Origin: Marsupella aquatica
Lineage: Eukaryota; Plantae; Marchantiophyta
DNA: 64,000 nt
Direction: 5' to 3'
Assembly (NCBI GenBank): GCA_973895155.1
Contig: OZ316891.1
Location: 32,251,208-32,315,207 of the forward strand
Positions 27,234-40,589 of this stretch are shown piece by piece. The notes under the pieces were generated by a model. The model did not search any database, had not been told where the DNA came from, and saw only the letters and a list, made by a program, of their open reading frames with translations. Position numbers and translations under genes: made by a program. Positions within the stretch are counted from its first letter, which is position 1, and each line of letters opens with the position of its first letter.

Positions 27234-29013
27234 TGCCGGTATGCCAGAAGTCAAATCTTTGCCCCAGTACTTCCCCTATTGGCAAGGGCACCGGAGGAGG
27301 TTTCGGAGCAGAGGCCGGCACCAGAGAAGCCCAACCAACCCGACATTCCAACGATCAAGCAGGTGTTTCGGACAAGGAAAGAAGCTGTGCCGATGTAGCA
27401 ACCAGGCATGCAAATTCTGCTGAACTTGCTGGAGAAGGAAAAGAGAACGGTTCCGGCAACGGCAACGGCAACGGCAACAATACAGGACGATGCCCCCGAG
27501 GTCGGCTTAAGCCGACTCAGAGGGGAAGATCCCTTTACCGGAGCCAAGGAGAGAAGGAGGCCAGAACACAAGCCGGGAGTGCGAATGTATGTGGGAGCCT
27601 CAAGCCCCGAATCAGAGGCAGAGCAGCCTAAGGCTCCTTTCCACGGAGAGCAGAAGGAGACGACAGCCTGGAAACCAGAGGAACCAGAGGCCGTTTTCAC
27701 GATTGGACCAGGGGAACAAGGGGAGAAGGCGGGAGTCCAAGTAGTGGAGGAGGCGGGAGAGGACTACAGCAATGATAACTCCGGCTATGGGTTGGATCAT
27801 CATGTTCCAGGAGTAAGGACCTGTGGCCAATTTATCCCCACGCTTCCAAGAGTAGTTTGAGGGGACCCCAACCAGCAGAGTAGCCCCGAGTCTCCCCCAC
27901 GAGAGATTTCTCCCCCAAGCTTTGATGGCATAAAGCAGACGGCACAGGAATTTCAGGAGTGACTTAGGGAGGAAGAGAAAGCAGCCCTGGCTAGGGAGAA
28001 GGATTTACCAGGAGGAGATTGGCCGGAGGACATCAGGCGGCTTGCCAAAAAAAGAAGCAACCCTCTTGCCACCATAGAAGAAATCCGCAAGACGGCTTGG
28101 GAGCAGAGGCCGCGGTGGGTAATGCCGATGACTTCTAGTTACTCCACCTATGCTAAGGATAGAGCCATGGAGTATGGGGAGATGTGTGGGGAACTGGCGC
28201 TCAGCATCTTTGGGGAGGAGTTGGAGCAGGGACCCTTTTTCCAGAGGGAGATGTTGGAAAAGCATCGATTAGAAGAACCGGTGGCTTTGGAGAGGAGCAA
28301 GAAGGACGAGGTCATCCGACGGCTTAGGGAGAAGGAAGCCGAGATGGAAATCCTGCAGGTGGTCAAGAAAGCCCAAGATGAAATACGGATTAAGCGGCAT
28401 GAGCTAAACATCATGCAGGGGCAGTTGGATACCACTCAGTCTGACAATCAGATTATCAAAGATAAACTGACTCTGACCCAAGGAGAGTTGGCCGGCGCAG
28501 TCAAGGAAAGAGAGAAATGGAAGCGGGAGCTAAGGGATGCAGAGGAGGCCCACTTAGCAACCAACAATCGGGCCATGGCGGAGAACCAGAGAAGGGAGAG
28601 GGCGTTGAAAGGAGAGCTCAAAGATATCCGCGGAGCCCTTGAGCAAAAGGAAGTAGAGTTAGGGAAATCCTATCAAGGGATTATTGCGCTGTAGCAGGAG
28701 CTTGCGTCCCTGACGGCCAGCTTCAAGGCTGATCTGCGTGAAAAGGACAACCAGCTCGACCAGACTTATGCCAAGATGAATAAAATGGAGTCTGTGGTCG
28801 TAGTAGAGCTCGACAAGGAGCTAAGAGCAACCCAGGAGGAGAGGGCTACCTTAAGGAGGGAATTGGAGGAAGCCAATAAGGAGCTGGAGGAGGCGTGCAA
28901 GGACCTGGACGAGACCCAAGAGGAGTTGGAGGAAATCACGAGAAAGATGGAGAACCTACAACGGCGGGCCGACAACCAAATGGAGCGGCTGAAGACACAA
29001 GCCGCAGTATTTA

Positions 29014-32000
29014 TGTGGTGCATCCCATGGCTCCCTAAACCCAAGAAACCCCCCAGCTCAAGCCGATTCCCGCAACTTTTGTGCTTGGCGGGGCCGTTTC
29101 CGCGGCTTAGCGGCATGAGACGCTGCTAATCTCCTCTACATCTATTAACAATTTACACACATATACTGGACAGATCCTTCATCGGGTCATGAGATATGAA
29201 GCCGGCCTACTCTAGGCCTTCCCTTGTCTTCCTCTCCTTTTGGTTAGGTGTATTTGGATTCCGCCGCCGGAATGATCCCCAATAGGCTTGGTTAAGCCGC
29301 TAAGACCTCTCTCAGCTCGACACATCCAACTCTCACTCCCTTGCTTACTTTCCTTCTCCTATTAGTTGATGTGGGTACTCTTCACACAAGTTAATGCGAC
29401 ACACAAATAGTAAAATGACTCCTTTTGACTGAGTCATACCATGCACTTGCCATACAAACAGTACATTTCATACACAAGCTCTGCGAACTAAGCCGTGAGG
29501 CCAACTCTATTCAGCTCTTAGGCATGAGGAAACATGAATATACACAAGGTCACTGTATGACTAACCGAGAGCTTCTCTTAGTACTTGATCCTAGCCCAGC
29601 TGGTGCAAACTAAAAACTTGCTAAAGAAGAGGCCCTGAGCTCCCCGCAGCCCAGGTATTTATCCTGGTAGCGGATCCGCCTAATTCTTTGCAGCGTAAGC
29701 CTAATCTACCTAACAGTAATCTACCTGCCCGGATCTACCTATGTACAGCAAGGTAGGGGCACAAGTGTTGCTCCTACCAGTGGAACCGCAATCCCACTAA
29801 GCTAAGTGTCAGGGCCGCTCCTGGTCCTGATCCTAATCTTAAACTTGGAGATCAGCGCCCGCCCTGCCCACTCACGCCTCCTACCTCCACGTCCGCCCTT
29901 CCTAAAAGGAACGGCGCCATTGCACCATCACGACACCGGTGGTGGATCCTCAATGGACGCCCCCAACGCTTCCTCTTCAGCCACTGCCGTTGGCCCGCCT
30001 ACTGACAGATTACCTGCCCTTGACCGAGTCAACTCTCCCTTGGCCTGAGCCACTCCCACGGCTTTGGCCTCCCCTTCTTCTAGGGTAGTTGGATCCTTTG
30101 CCATGACCCTGTCTGGGGTCGGTGCTGGGTCTACCTCCTTGGTCACCACGGCCTGTGGAGTCGTATTACTCCTTGACCCTGAAGGTTTCCGCTTCTTCTT
30201 TGTTTCCGGCTCGGCAGCTGGTCCCTTCCCCTTCCCACTTACTTTCGGCACTGGTGCAGGTGGTGCGGCTTGTTCTTCGGCCAGTACCACTCCTGGTAAC
30301 TGGTTCGCCCCAACGGGCGATGGACCTGCTGCAGCTAAGCATTTAAATACTGCGGCTTGTTTCTTCAGCCGCTCTGTTTGGTTGTCGGCCCGCCGCTGTA
30401 GGTTCTCCATCTTCCTCGTGATTTCCTCCAATTCCTCCTGGGTCTCATCTAGGTCCTTACGTGCCCCCTCCAACTCGTTTTTGGCCTCCTCCTGCTCCCT
30501 GTGGGCTTCCTCCAATTCCTTCTTCAAGGTAGCCCCTCCTGGGTTGCTCTTAGCTCTTTGTCGAGCTCTGTCACGATCTCAGACTCCATTTTATTCATCT
30601 TGGCATAAGTCTGATCGAGCATATCGTCCTTCTCCCTTAGGTCGGCCTTGAAGCTGGCCGTTAGGGACGCAAGCTCCTGCTGCAACGCAATAATCCCTTG
30701 ATAGGATTTCCCTAACTCGGCCTCCTTCTACTCAAGGGCTCCGCGGCTTTTCTCGAGCTCCCCCTTCAACGCCCATTCCTTTCTTTGGGTCTCCGCCATG
30801 ACCCGGTTGTTGACTGCTATATGGGCCTCCTCTGCGTCTCTCAGCTCCTTCTTCCATTTCTCCCTGTCCTTGATTGCGTCGGCCAATTCTCCCTGGGTCT
30901 GAGTCAGTTTATCCTTGATAATCTGACTATCAGCCTGCGCTGTGTCCAGCTGCCCCTGCATGATGTTCAGCTCATGCCGCTTAATCCGCAGTTCATCTTG
31001 GGCTTTCTTGGCCGCCCTTAGATCTTCAATCTCGGCTTCCATCCTCCTAAGCCACCGGATGACCTCGTCCTTCTTGCTTCTCTCTAAAACCACCGCTTCA
31101 TCTAATTGGTGCTTCTCCAACTGCTCCCTATGGAAAAAGGGTCCTACCTCCAACTCCTCCCCAAAGATGCCGAGCGCAAGTTCCCCACACATCTCACCAT
31201 ACTCCATGGCTCTATTCTTAGCGTAGGTGGAGTAAGTAGAAGTGATCGGCATCGCCCATCGCGGCCTCTGCTCCCAAGCCGTCTTGCGGATCTCTTCAAT
31301 CGTGGCTAGAGGTTTGCTTCCTTTTTTGGCTAGCCGCCTGATGTCCTCCGGCCAATCTCCTCCTGGTAAATCCTTTTCCCTAGCCAGGGCTGCCTCCTCT
31401 TCCTGCCTGATTCGCTCCTGAAATTCCTGCGCCGTCTGTTTTATGCCGTCAAAGCTCGGGGAGAAACATCTGGTGGGGGAGACTCAGGGCTACTCTGCTA
31501 GTTGGGGTCCCCTCGTACTACCCTTGGAAGTGTGGGGATAAACCGGACACAGGTCCTTACTCCTGGAACGTGATGGTCCGACCCATAGCCGGAGTTATCA
31601 TGGCTGCAGTCCTCCACTGCCTCCTCTACTTCTTGGACTTCCGGCTTCTCCCTCTCTTCTTCGTCGGTAGGAGCTTCAGGCAATTCTGCCTCAGATTCTG
31701 AGCTTGAGACTCCTACGTACATTCGAACACCCGGCTTGGATTCTGGCCTGATTCTCTCCTTATTTCCGGTAAAGGGGTTTTCCCTTCTAAGTCTGCTTAG
31801 GTTGACCTCTGGGGCAGTGTCCTGCATTGTTGCCGTTGCCGTTGTCGTTGCCGATCTCTTTTCTTTCTCCAGTAGTAGCAGATTCTGCATGCCTGGTTGC
31901 TGCATCGGCAAGTCTTCCTTCCTTGGCCTAAACACCTGCTCAATCGTAGGGCTAACAGGTGGTTGAGGCTTTTCTGCTACCGGCCTCGGTGCTGGAGCTT

Positions 32001-33568
32001 CCTCGGGTGTCCTTACCTGCAGGGGAAGTACTGGGGCAAAGGTCTGACCTCTGGCATACCGGCACAACAGCGGCATGTGATAGCCAAGCCGCGACACGCT
32101 CCCCATGCCGATTACTTGCTGCTCCTCCTTTAAGATCTTCTTCAATTGGTTGAGGAGGTGCCCATTGTAGTCCCGGCTTGGGTCTGGCCTCTCTGCCAGA
32201 TAGACCTGTGCCTTGCCAATCTCTGCCCTCGGCAAGTTACAATGCATGGTCACCCGCAAGAAGTCGATCATCTCTCCTATGTGTGGGTTGGTGCAGGTGT
32301 TCCAGAAGAAGCCATTCTTTGTTGATGGCCCGGGGAACGACCAGAACTCTTTGTCAGGCAAGGTCTTCCTGGTATCAACCTTGGTCTTATTGCCTATCGG
32401 CAAGCCAAACACTTCGGCAATTACCTTGGGAGTAAGATAGAAATCCTTCCCATATATCCTCGTGCAATTGGTCTCGGGTTCCCATGACCCCACAAATTCT
32501 AATAGGTCTGAATCCGGCACCTCCGGCTTCAGCCATGGTAATCTTACAAAGGCCTCTAAGCCGGATCCGGCCATGAAGCCTTGGTACTTCTTGGTCTGCA
32601 TGGCCGTAAAGCATGCATCCTCCTCCCGTGCAAAATGTAGTTGCACCTCCACTGGTAGAGTTGCCGCCCAGCCCTTCCAGGTGTCATCCCTGGTTGGAAT
32701 GGCATTAATGGGATCGACCTCCTCCACTTTGGCTTCTCCCTGCCTCCTGCTCTGCTGCTCGGCTGGCTTCATTGGTGCCGCCGACCTCGTTCTTTTGGCC
32801 GGGGTGGCTTCATCGTTGACGGCTCCCTTCCTCTTCATCTCGGCTGCCGTGGAGGTTTCTCCTAGCACCGTTGCCTGGGTCCACCTTTCCGTGCTACCCT
32901 TCAATTCCCAGTGTATGTCGTTGCAGTTCTTGATGGCCTCTCGAATGCCGATGATTCTGTCTTCGCAAAACAGAAGATCGTCGAGCTGATTGGAAGTAGG
33001 AGTCCACAAGAACTCGGCCTTGATGAGTTTGCCTCCTAAGAAAGCCGTTTTCTACAGCTCCCACAATCGAGCGAGCTCCTGTCATTCTCGAGCTGCCCTT
33101 TCTGATTCTTCGTCCTTGTAAGTCTTGATGTACTTAGTTGCCCATTCGAACAGGCATCCCCAGAAATGTGCCGCTTGATTGACGTTGCTCATACCCTCCT
33201 TAGGTCGATCGTCGGTATCTACTCTCTCCCCGAGTGCTTGCCTAAGCAGCTGACAGTAGTTGGCCTCCCGTAGTCGTCTGCCTAGTTTGTGCTCGCAAAT
33301 GAGCCACCATCTCCTGCAAGCGCTCCTTACCCCTCTCCTCTTCCGGTCCTTCCTCCCGTTGATCCTTCCTAGCCGCCGATGCTTAGCGCGCCCTAACCCT
33401 AATCGAGTTTTCACCCCCAACGTCCTTACCTCCGGCCTCGGCCCGGGTTCCATAGTCGCCCCTAATTGTTTATATTTTCCTTGTTTTGTCCCTATACTAA
33501 GGTGTTTCCAGGGTGCATTCCTGCTTTACCTACTTAACTGGCCGAGTGATTCCTGGCTAGGCATCACA
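29014..33568 (-). mobile_element. Solo LTR family E copy 2 (4555 bp)
   Basis: TG..CA termini identical in type to copy 1. TSD ATTTA at 29009-29013 and 33569-33573. Confidence 0.93.
29928..33453 (-). pseudogene. LTR-E-encoded ~1100-aa ORF (PMD-like core + long coiled coil), stops and frameshifts
   Basis: Pieces 33082-33453, 31498-33009, 30728-31252 and 29928-30527. Core LEAFVRLPW..LLEFVGSWE..LTPKVIAEVFGLP.G..NGF homologous to B and D ORFs. Confidence 0.85.
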
Positions 33569-35578
33569 ATTTAAATGCTTGGCTTCATCAGGTCCAACTC
33601 CAATTTGGGGAACCCAGTTACCAGGGGTAGTATTGGCCACTGGACAAGCCAAAACACTCACCCCGGTGCCAAAGGTAGGTAGCAAGGGGAAGGAACTGGC
33701 TATCAAAATAGGGAAGAAGAAGAAGCAAAAACCTTCTAGGTCTGGGAGTTATACGGCTTCTCAAGCCGAGGTGACCGAGAGGATAAACCCGACACCAATC
33801 TCCGGCATCAGCACGGCGGTGGATCCACCAGTCCTAGGAAGTGGAGATGGACCGGATCCTCCGCTAGAACATGCCGGGGAGGCCTGAGCCGTATCGGAGG
33901 CCTGAGCCGTATCGGAGGCCAGGACCGATGATGAAGCCAAAGCCGGGGGTGGACCCAGTCAGGCCGATGAAGAGTTGACTCGGTCAAGGGCAGGTAATCT
34001 ATCAGTGGACGGACCAACGGTAGTGGCTGCGGAGGAAACGTTGGGGGCATCCATTGAGAACCAGCCACCGGTGTCATGACGGTGTAAGGGCGCCGTCCCT
34101 TTTAGGGAAGGCGGACGTGGAGGTAGGAGGCGTGAGTGGGCAGGGCGGGCACTGATCTCCAAGTTTAGATTTAGGATCAGGACCAAGAGTCGGCTCTGAC
34201 ACTTAGATTAGTGGGATTTTGGATCCACGGGTGAGGGCGACACTTGTGCTCCGGCCTTGCTGTACATAGGTAGATTATAGTTAGGTAGATTACAGTAGAT
34301 AGATTAGGCTTACGCTGCAAGGAATCAGGCGGATCCACAACCAGGATAAGTACCTGGGCTGCAGGGAGTTCAGGGCCTCTTCTTTCGCAAGTTTTTAGTT
34401 GCACCAGCAGGGCTGGGATCAAGTAGTAAGAGAAGCTCTCGGTTAGTTATACAGTGACCTTGTGTATATTCATGTTTTCTCATACCTAAGAACTGAATAG
34501 AGTTGGCCTCACGGCTTAGTTCGCAGAGCTTGTGTATGAGATGTACTATTTGTATTGCAAGTGCATGGTATAACTCAGTCAGAAGGAGTCATTTTGCTAT
34601 TTGTGTGTCGCATTAACTTGTGTGAAGAGTGCCCACATCAACAAGAAGAAGAGAAGTAAGCAAGGGAGTGAGAGTTGGATGTGTCAAGCTGAGAGAGGTC
34701 TTAGCGGCTTAACCAAACCAATTGGGGATCATTCCGGCGGCGGAATCCAAATATACCTAACCAACAGGAGGGAAAGACAAGAGAAGGCATAGATTGGGCC
34801 AACTGCGTATCTCATGACCCGATGAAGGATCTGTCCAGTATATGTGTGTAAAATATTAATAGTAGTAGTAGGAGGTTAGCAGCATCCCATGCCGCTAAGC
34901 CGCGGAAACGGCCTCGCCAAGCACAAAACCTGCGGGAATCGGCTTGGGCGGGGGGAGGGTTTCTTGGGTTTGGGGAGCCATGGGACGCACCACACACAAG
35001 CGATGCAGTCGTCCAAATGATTGTTGTGGACTGGCAAGATGACAACACCGAGTGGGTAAATTTGGTGGACGTGGCGGAGCACCCTAATCCATCTGACGAG
35101 GCTGAGTGCTACCAAGTGTCAACAAGAGCCAAGCGGAAGGAAGAGAAACAGGAAGAGAAACGCAGGAAAAAGCAAGATACTACTCCGGTGTAGCCAGCAA
35201 TAGATATACCCCCGAAGAAGGACAATGACTACCGTCAAGACGACCCAAAGCTATTTTACCCCCACACCGAAGAATTGGTAAAGAAACAGTTGGAGGCCTA
35301 CGAAGCTCAAGAATACCAGAAGGCAATCAATAAAGACATCAAAGTAGCCGAGGCTGCCCGGTGATAGGAGCAAGAAAAGCAAGAGGAGGAAGCCAAATAG
35401 CAGCCGAAGGAAGAAAAGGAGGACTATGATATTAAGGCAGACGTGAAAAGTTGCCCGGTTACAGCAACGGTAGGGGCAACTGCTGCAGAACAATCCACAG
35501 TACCGACGGCAACTGAGGGAGTTGCTTACCGGTCGGCGACGGAGGTGACTACCCCGAGTTGGGATCGCGGACTGCAAC

Positions 35579-35998
35579 ATGATATGCGAGGACCTAGGAG
35601 CGCTGGACATCTTGATTGAGATCAATAATTGTACCATCAAGATGGTTCTCGTAGACGGAGGAGCGGGAGTCAACATCATGATTGAGGAAACATCAGTCAA
35701 GTTAGGATACCTCACGTATCAACCCACAGCCCAAGCTATCAGATTAGCAAACGGGGCAAGGGTCCTTCCATTGGGCATGCTCACGCGGGTGCTCACTCTT
35801 GTAGGAGGGGTGGAGTTCTATCTCAACTTCCTAGTCATGAGGCCGGTTCGGCCCTCCTCTTATCCGGTCCTTGTGGGCAGGCCATGGTTGTATGGTGGCC
35901 GTGTGATCATGGATTGGGGAAAGAAGGAGCTACGATTTGGGACACCCACAGTACGAGTATCATGGGCAATGGATGATTATCAGGGTGAAACCCCATAG
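35579..35998 (+). pseudogene. Retrotransposon aspartic protease
   Basis: VLVDGGAGVNIM active-site motif and YPVLVGRPWL. Confidence 0.88.
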
Positions 35999-36549
35999 GG
36001 ACCCGAGGAATATGATTCGGAGACCTTGGAGGAAGAGGAGCTCAATATGATTGAACTCATTTTGTCCCTGTGCGAGGAAGATGTCTTTGGAGTAGAGGCA
36101 ACCCGGGAAACGCATCTCCTGAATTACCCGAAGGTTGCTATTGAGTCCACCCCGAGCACCTCTACCGCCCGGGCCGATGAAACACAAAAACGGCCCATCA
36201 ATACGGAGGACACGGCTCCAGCTAAGTAGGGAGCCGATGCTGATTCTACCAGTGCAGGACCTAGTGACCACGAACCGGCCGAACAATTGCCCGGACCCGA
36301 GACTGAGACTTAAGAAACGAGTCTCATGGGACCTGTCCATCCTGCAATTGGAGGAAGTAACTCCAAATCCGAAACCGATCCTGGTTCCACCCATGTACGG
36401 AGGAGTTTGGTTAGCTAAGCTAGATGCAAGCCTGGACCTGAGCTTGCGGAACCAGGTGGAAGTCATAAGGAAGGAGCACTATCGGAAGTACACCATTGGG
36501 ATGGATAAGTCTTTTAACCTGGGGGCCCATGCGGTACGTAGGGACAACG

Positions 36550-36921
36550 AGGTGTTTACAAAAGACAGCAAACAGGAAACAGGATTTAATAACATAAACT
36601 GGTAACAGGTTAAAAATCTGGTAACAGGAAAATGGGTGGAATTTTCTTTTGATTTTTTTTGAAATTTTTTTTTTTGAGAAAAAAAAAGTTTTTTTTTCCG
36701 GTCGACCACTTTTTTTTGCTAGCGCCCGGTGCTGCTAATAGTAGCGCCCAAAGCTAGCCAAAAATATTGCATTGTTAATTTTTTTTGGAAATAACATGTT
36801 TTAGGAGACATTTTTAAATTGTCATTTTTCCTGGTAATAGTGATTTTTTCCTGGCAATAGCATTTTTAAAACAGGAAAAAAAAATCCTGTTTTCCTGTTT
36901 CCTGTCTCCATCGCTATACCC
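36550..36921. mobile_element. 372-bp MITE-like insertion in pol
   Basis: Flanked by direct repeat GGGACAACG (36541-36549, 36922-36930). AT-rich. Imperfect terminal IR containing AGACAG(C/G)AAACAGGAAA(A)CAGGATTT. The 9-bp TSD suggests a Mutator-type element. Confidence 0.7.
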
Positions 36922-36934
36922 GGGACAACGTTGC

Positions 36935-38362
36935 ATGAACCCAAGGTACTCCATCTTAGTGAAGGAGGAAATTGACCGTCTCCTCGCCGCAGATTTCATC
37001 TACTCGGTAATGGCTAGCGACTGGGTTTCGCCCAATGTCATGTTACCAAAGAAGGGAGGTACGGAAAGAAAACCTAAGATTTGGATCTATCAAGACTATC
37101 ATAAGTTGAACGACGCAACCCGGAAAGACCATTACCCGTTACCATTCACGAATATGGTTCTAGATATGGTAGCCCGAAACAAAATTTATACATTCCTTGA
37201 CGGGTATTCGGGTTATAATCAAATTTGGATCCGCCTCTTGGATCAGCTCAAAACAATGTTCACTACGGAATGGGGGACATTCGCATTTCGGAGAATGCCG
37301 TTCGGGCTGTGTAACGCCCCGGCCATGTTTCAGCGACTCATGATGAATATCTTCCACGATTTCCTACGGGAATTTCTGGAAATATTTATCGACAACTTTG
37401 CCTTCTTTGGAACCATCGCCATGCACCCCGAACATCTACGACGTACGCTACAACAATGCCGAGAGGTTAACCTCAAGCTTTATCCCGCCAAATATTTTTT
37501 TGGGGTAGAGGAGGGAGTGTTACTTGGGCATCGTGTGTCCAAACGGGGTATCGAGGTGGACCAAGAGAAGGTCGCGGCTTGGATGGCGGTGGTGTTTCCC
37601 GTAGATCAAAAAGCGGTACGATCCTTCTTGGGCTGTGTAGGGTACTATCGTCAGTTCATTAAAGATTTTGCTAAAATTGCATTGCCCTTAACTGAGATGA
37701 TGAAGAAGGACGCGGTAATCAAGGAGACACCCAGGAGACGGATTGCTTTCGAAGAACTCCGTAAACGACTCACCACCGCACCTATCATGGTCACCCCGGA
37801 CTGGAATAAGGAGTTCCATGTGTATGTCGATGTGTCAGGGTTCTGTATCGGGTCCGTACTCAGTCAGCTTGATGAAGATGGACGTGACCACCCCATCTAC
37901 TTTGCTAGCCGTCAACTATTCACAGCCAAAAAAAATTATTCTCCCATTGATCGAGAAGCTCTAGGAATAATCTACTCATGTAAGAAGTTCCGACACTATC
38001 TGCTTGGCTACAAGGTCATATTCCACACGGATCATGATAGCCTGAAGTATATGGTCAACAAAGTGAACGTGACGGGACAGATAGCCCGGTGGGTGCTACT
38101 TCTCCAGGAATTTAACTACAAAGTTTGGGTTTGGCCAGGAAAGGCACATCTCAACGCCAACTTCTTTTCAAGGCTGGACGGCATACCAGTCAATCAACCA
38201 ATTAATGATACTTTTCCGGATGAGGAGTTATTCCACATAGGGGCGGGAACGCCTACGTGGTACGGTTCAATAATCACCTTCCTCTTAACAGGCCGCATCC
38301 CCGACGACATCAATCAGGAGGCCGCCACTGTGTTTTTATGGAAGGCCAGGCCATACTTATGA
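36935..38362 (+). pseudogene. pol: Reverse transcriptase + RNase H
   Basis: WVSP..PKK, DY.KLNDATRKDHYPLP, FLDGYSGYNQI, MPFGLCNAPA.FQR. YxDD is degenerate (FIDN). RNase H motifs VYVDVS..G.VLSQ, REALGIIY, TDHDSLKY. Confidence 0.95.
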
Positions 38363-39510
38363 TACAGGGTCACCTACATAAAGAAGGAGTTAATGGGAAG
38401 CTACGACGCTGCTTAGAGTACAAGGAGACGCTCATTGTTATGCGGGCCTTGCATGAAGAAGAAGCTGGAGGTCATTTTGCGTCTCTCACGACAGCCCGAA
38501 AGATTCTGGATTTGGGGTATTGGTGGCCTACGTTGCATCGAGATGTACAACGCTTTATCAAGGGATGTGATTTGTGCCAACGGGCTGGTGCCCCAAGGAG
38601 AACCCATAACCACCCCCTCACTTCTGTGCTCCCGCTAGCACCATTCGAGAAGTGGGGTATTGATTATATCGGGCCGTTCACTCCCGTTACCCGAAGACGA
38701 AGATGCAGGTACATCCTGCTAGCTATAGATTACTCCACCAAATGGGTCGAAGCACGGGCTACGGTAAAGGACAACGCTACAACCAGTGCCAGGTTCTTAT
38801 ACGAGCAGATCTTCACGCAGTTCGGGCTGCCCTTGGAATTAGTAAGCGACCCGTGGAACACATTTCCTCAATGACACCGTAGCCCAGCTTACGGAGCGTT
38901 ACCTAGTCAAGCACCGCAAGACTACCCCGTATCATCCTAAAGCCAATGGGCTGACAGAGAGAGCCAATGGGATCATTGGGAAGATCCTCAACAAGACAGT
39001 AGCCGTGCACAAAACGGATTGGGATGACAAGTTGTACGTAGCGGTGTACTCATATAATCTGGCTTACAAGACTACTACGAGTCACAGCCCATACTTTCTC
39101 GTGTTTGGCCAACATTTGTTGGTGCCCGTTGAGTTTGAAGTCCACACTCCACGGGTAAGCATTCGGGATCGCTTACCCGAAGCTGAAAGTTTGTCAGACA
39201 GAGCTTACCAGATTGAAGCATTAGAAGAAGCACGGCTACTGGCAGCTTGACATGTCGTAAAGCAGCAGGTAGCTTCCAAGAAGCAGCACAACAAAGGACT
39301 ACGGAAGGTCGACGTCATGACAGGCGATCTAGTCTTGCTGTACGACAGTAGGTACATGCAGTTTCTGGGGAAGCTTCATACCCATTGGTTAGGGCCTTTC
39401 CTAGTCAATCAGATCTATCCTAACGGATCTTTGGAACTTGCAACGTACGCCGGCGATTTACTACCCACGCGAGTTAGTTATGATCGTGTGAAGAAGTACC
39501 ACTATCAAGA
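38257..39510 (+). pseudogene. Integrase (frameshifted)
   Basis: HHCC (LHEEEAGGHF..GYWWP..CDLCQR), WGIDYIGP, IDYSTKWVEA, LVSD, TTPYHPKANGLTERAN, and GPF motif (KLHTHWLGPF). Confidence 0.92.
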
Positions 39511-39552
39511 CGACGACGTCGAGAGTGATGTTTGCGAGGATGCTTCACAATT

Positions 39553-39562
39553 AAACAGGGAG
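39553..39562 (+). promoter_or_regulatory. Polypurine tract
   Basis: AAACAGGGAG, 3 nt before the TG of the 3' LTR. Confidence 0.6.
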
Positions 39563-39565
39563 CTA

Positions 39566-40442
39566 TGTGATGCCGCCGATACGACGGGTAATGAGTGATC
39601 CGGTCTAACCGCGCTTAGCATGCGCGTTAGGGGTATCTTAGGCCGTTATTATTAGCATAACAACAGTATTTAGGTAGCCATTATGAGTAGGAAATCATTA
39701 GTCAATAAGGGGAATTCATGTTCGGGCTGGCGGTGGGTCTCCATTCGCACGCCCGGGTTGTGAGCGTGTAATGGGCCCCCTTTCCCCCCTCAGGTCCGTA
39801 TAACAAACCCCGAGAGGCGGCCACTGACACGAGTTGACCCGGACCGGCGAAGGGGCCGGTACACTGCGAGCATGAAAGGCTTGGCCTATAAGCGACAAGG
39901 AGGCGTCGGGCGATCGACGAGCTCTCAGGGTATAAAAGGTGGCCGATCCTTTGCAGTGCACCAATTCTTCAGTTCACGCGCTAGCTTTGACCCCGTCTCT
40001 CTCTCGCTTTTCCTTAGTCACCTGTTATCTCCTCTGAATGTCGCACACAATCCTTTCCAGTTTGGCCATACGATTTTGGACTCAGTTCCTGTCTATCAGA
40101 GGGCACTTGGCTGACTCATTGAAACACGCCAACTTGCGCCGATACGAGATTGAACGCGAATACAAGAGAGCCATCCGCCTAGCAGGACAACACCACTATC
40201 TCCTTAACTTTGATTATCCATCCCAAAGCGAGCTTTACCGACCCAAAGAAGTATCAGGGTACTTCTTTGACAAAGGAAAATACATCGGCTTCTAGGAGGC
40301 ATTGCTTTGGCTCCCGGATGAGGTCTTCAATATCCCGGGCACGATCAACTTGCAGCGGCACCACTTCGGCCACATCCCCGCTCGGGTCCGGGTTATCATC
40401 AACAGCGAGTTCAGCACTACCCGGTCGACAGGGCCGTCTGCA
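39566..40442 (+). mobile_element. Truncated 3' LTR of family B including start of LTR ORF (ATG 40038)
   Basis: TGTGATGCCGCCG matches the start of the solo LTR at 47156 (minus strand). MSHTILSS ORF start is conserved. Confidence 0.9.
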
Positions 40443-40589
40443 GATGTTGCATCAACAACAGGCCCTTTATCTATTCCCTTCCTCTTCTTTGACTTGGATG
40501 ATCTGGTAGAAGGACCAACCTCTGTAGCAAACTCAAACAAAACTGCTATATCAGTACCAATGTCAAACAAACAAGTCACAGAGTCACCA

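Larger units (their letters stand above)
19718..34994 (+). mobile_element. Solo LTR family E copy 1 (about 5.0 kb net) hosting three nested solo LTRs
   Basis: TGTGATGCC...GCACCACA termini. TSD CACAA at 19713-19717 and 34995-34999. Decayed ORF pieces at 20092-20706, 22551-23395, 27239-29013 and 33574-34078. Confidence 0.9.
4853..40442 (+). mobile_element. Decayed non-chromovirus Ty3/Gypsy element (family B): partial 5'LTR-PBS-gag-PR-RT-RH-INT-PPT-partial 3'LTR, with many nested insertions
   Basis: Domain order gag, PR, RT, RH, INT. Both LTR remnants match opposite halves of the solo LTR 43145-47156. No chromodomain after INT. RT N-terminus resembles Athila/Phygy/Selgy-type elements. Confidence 0.85.
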
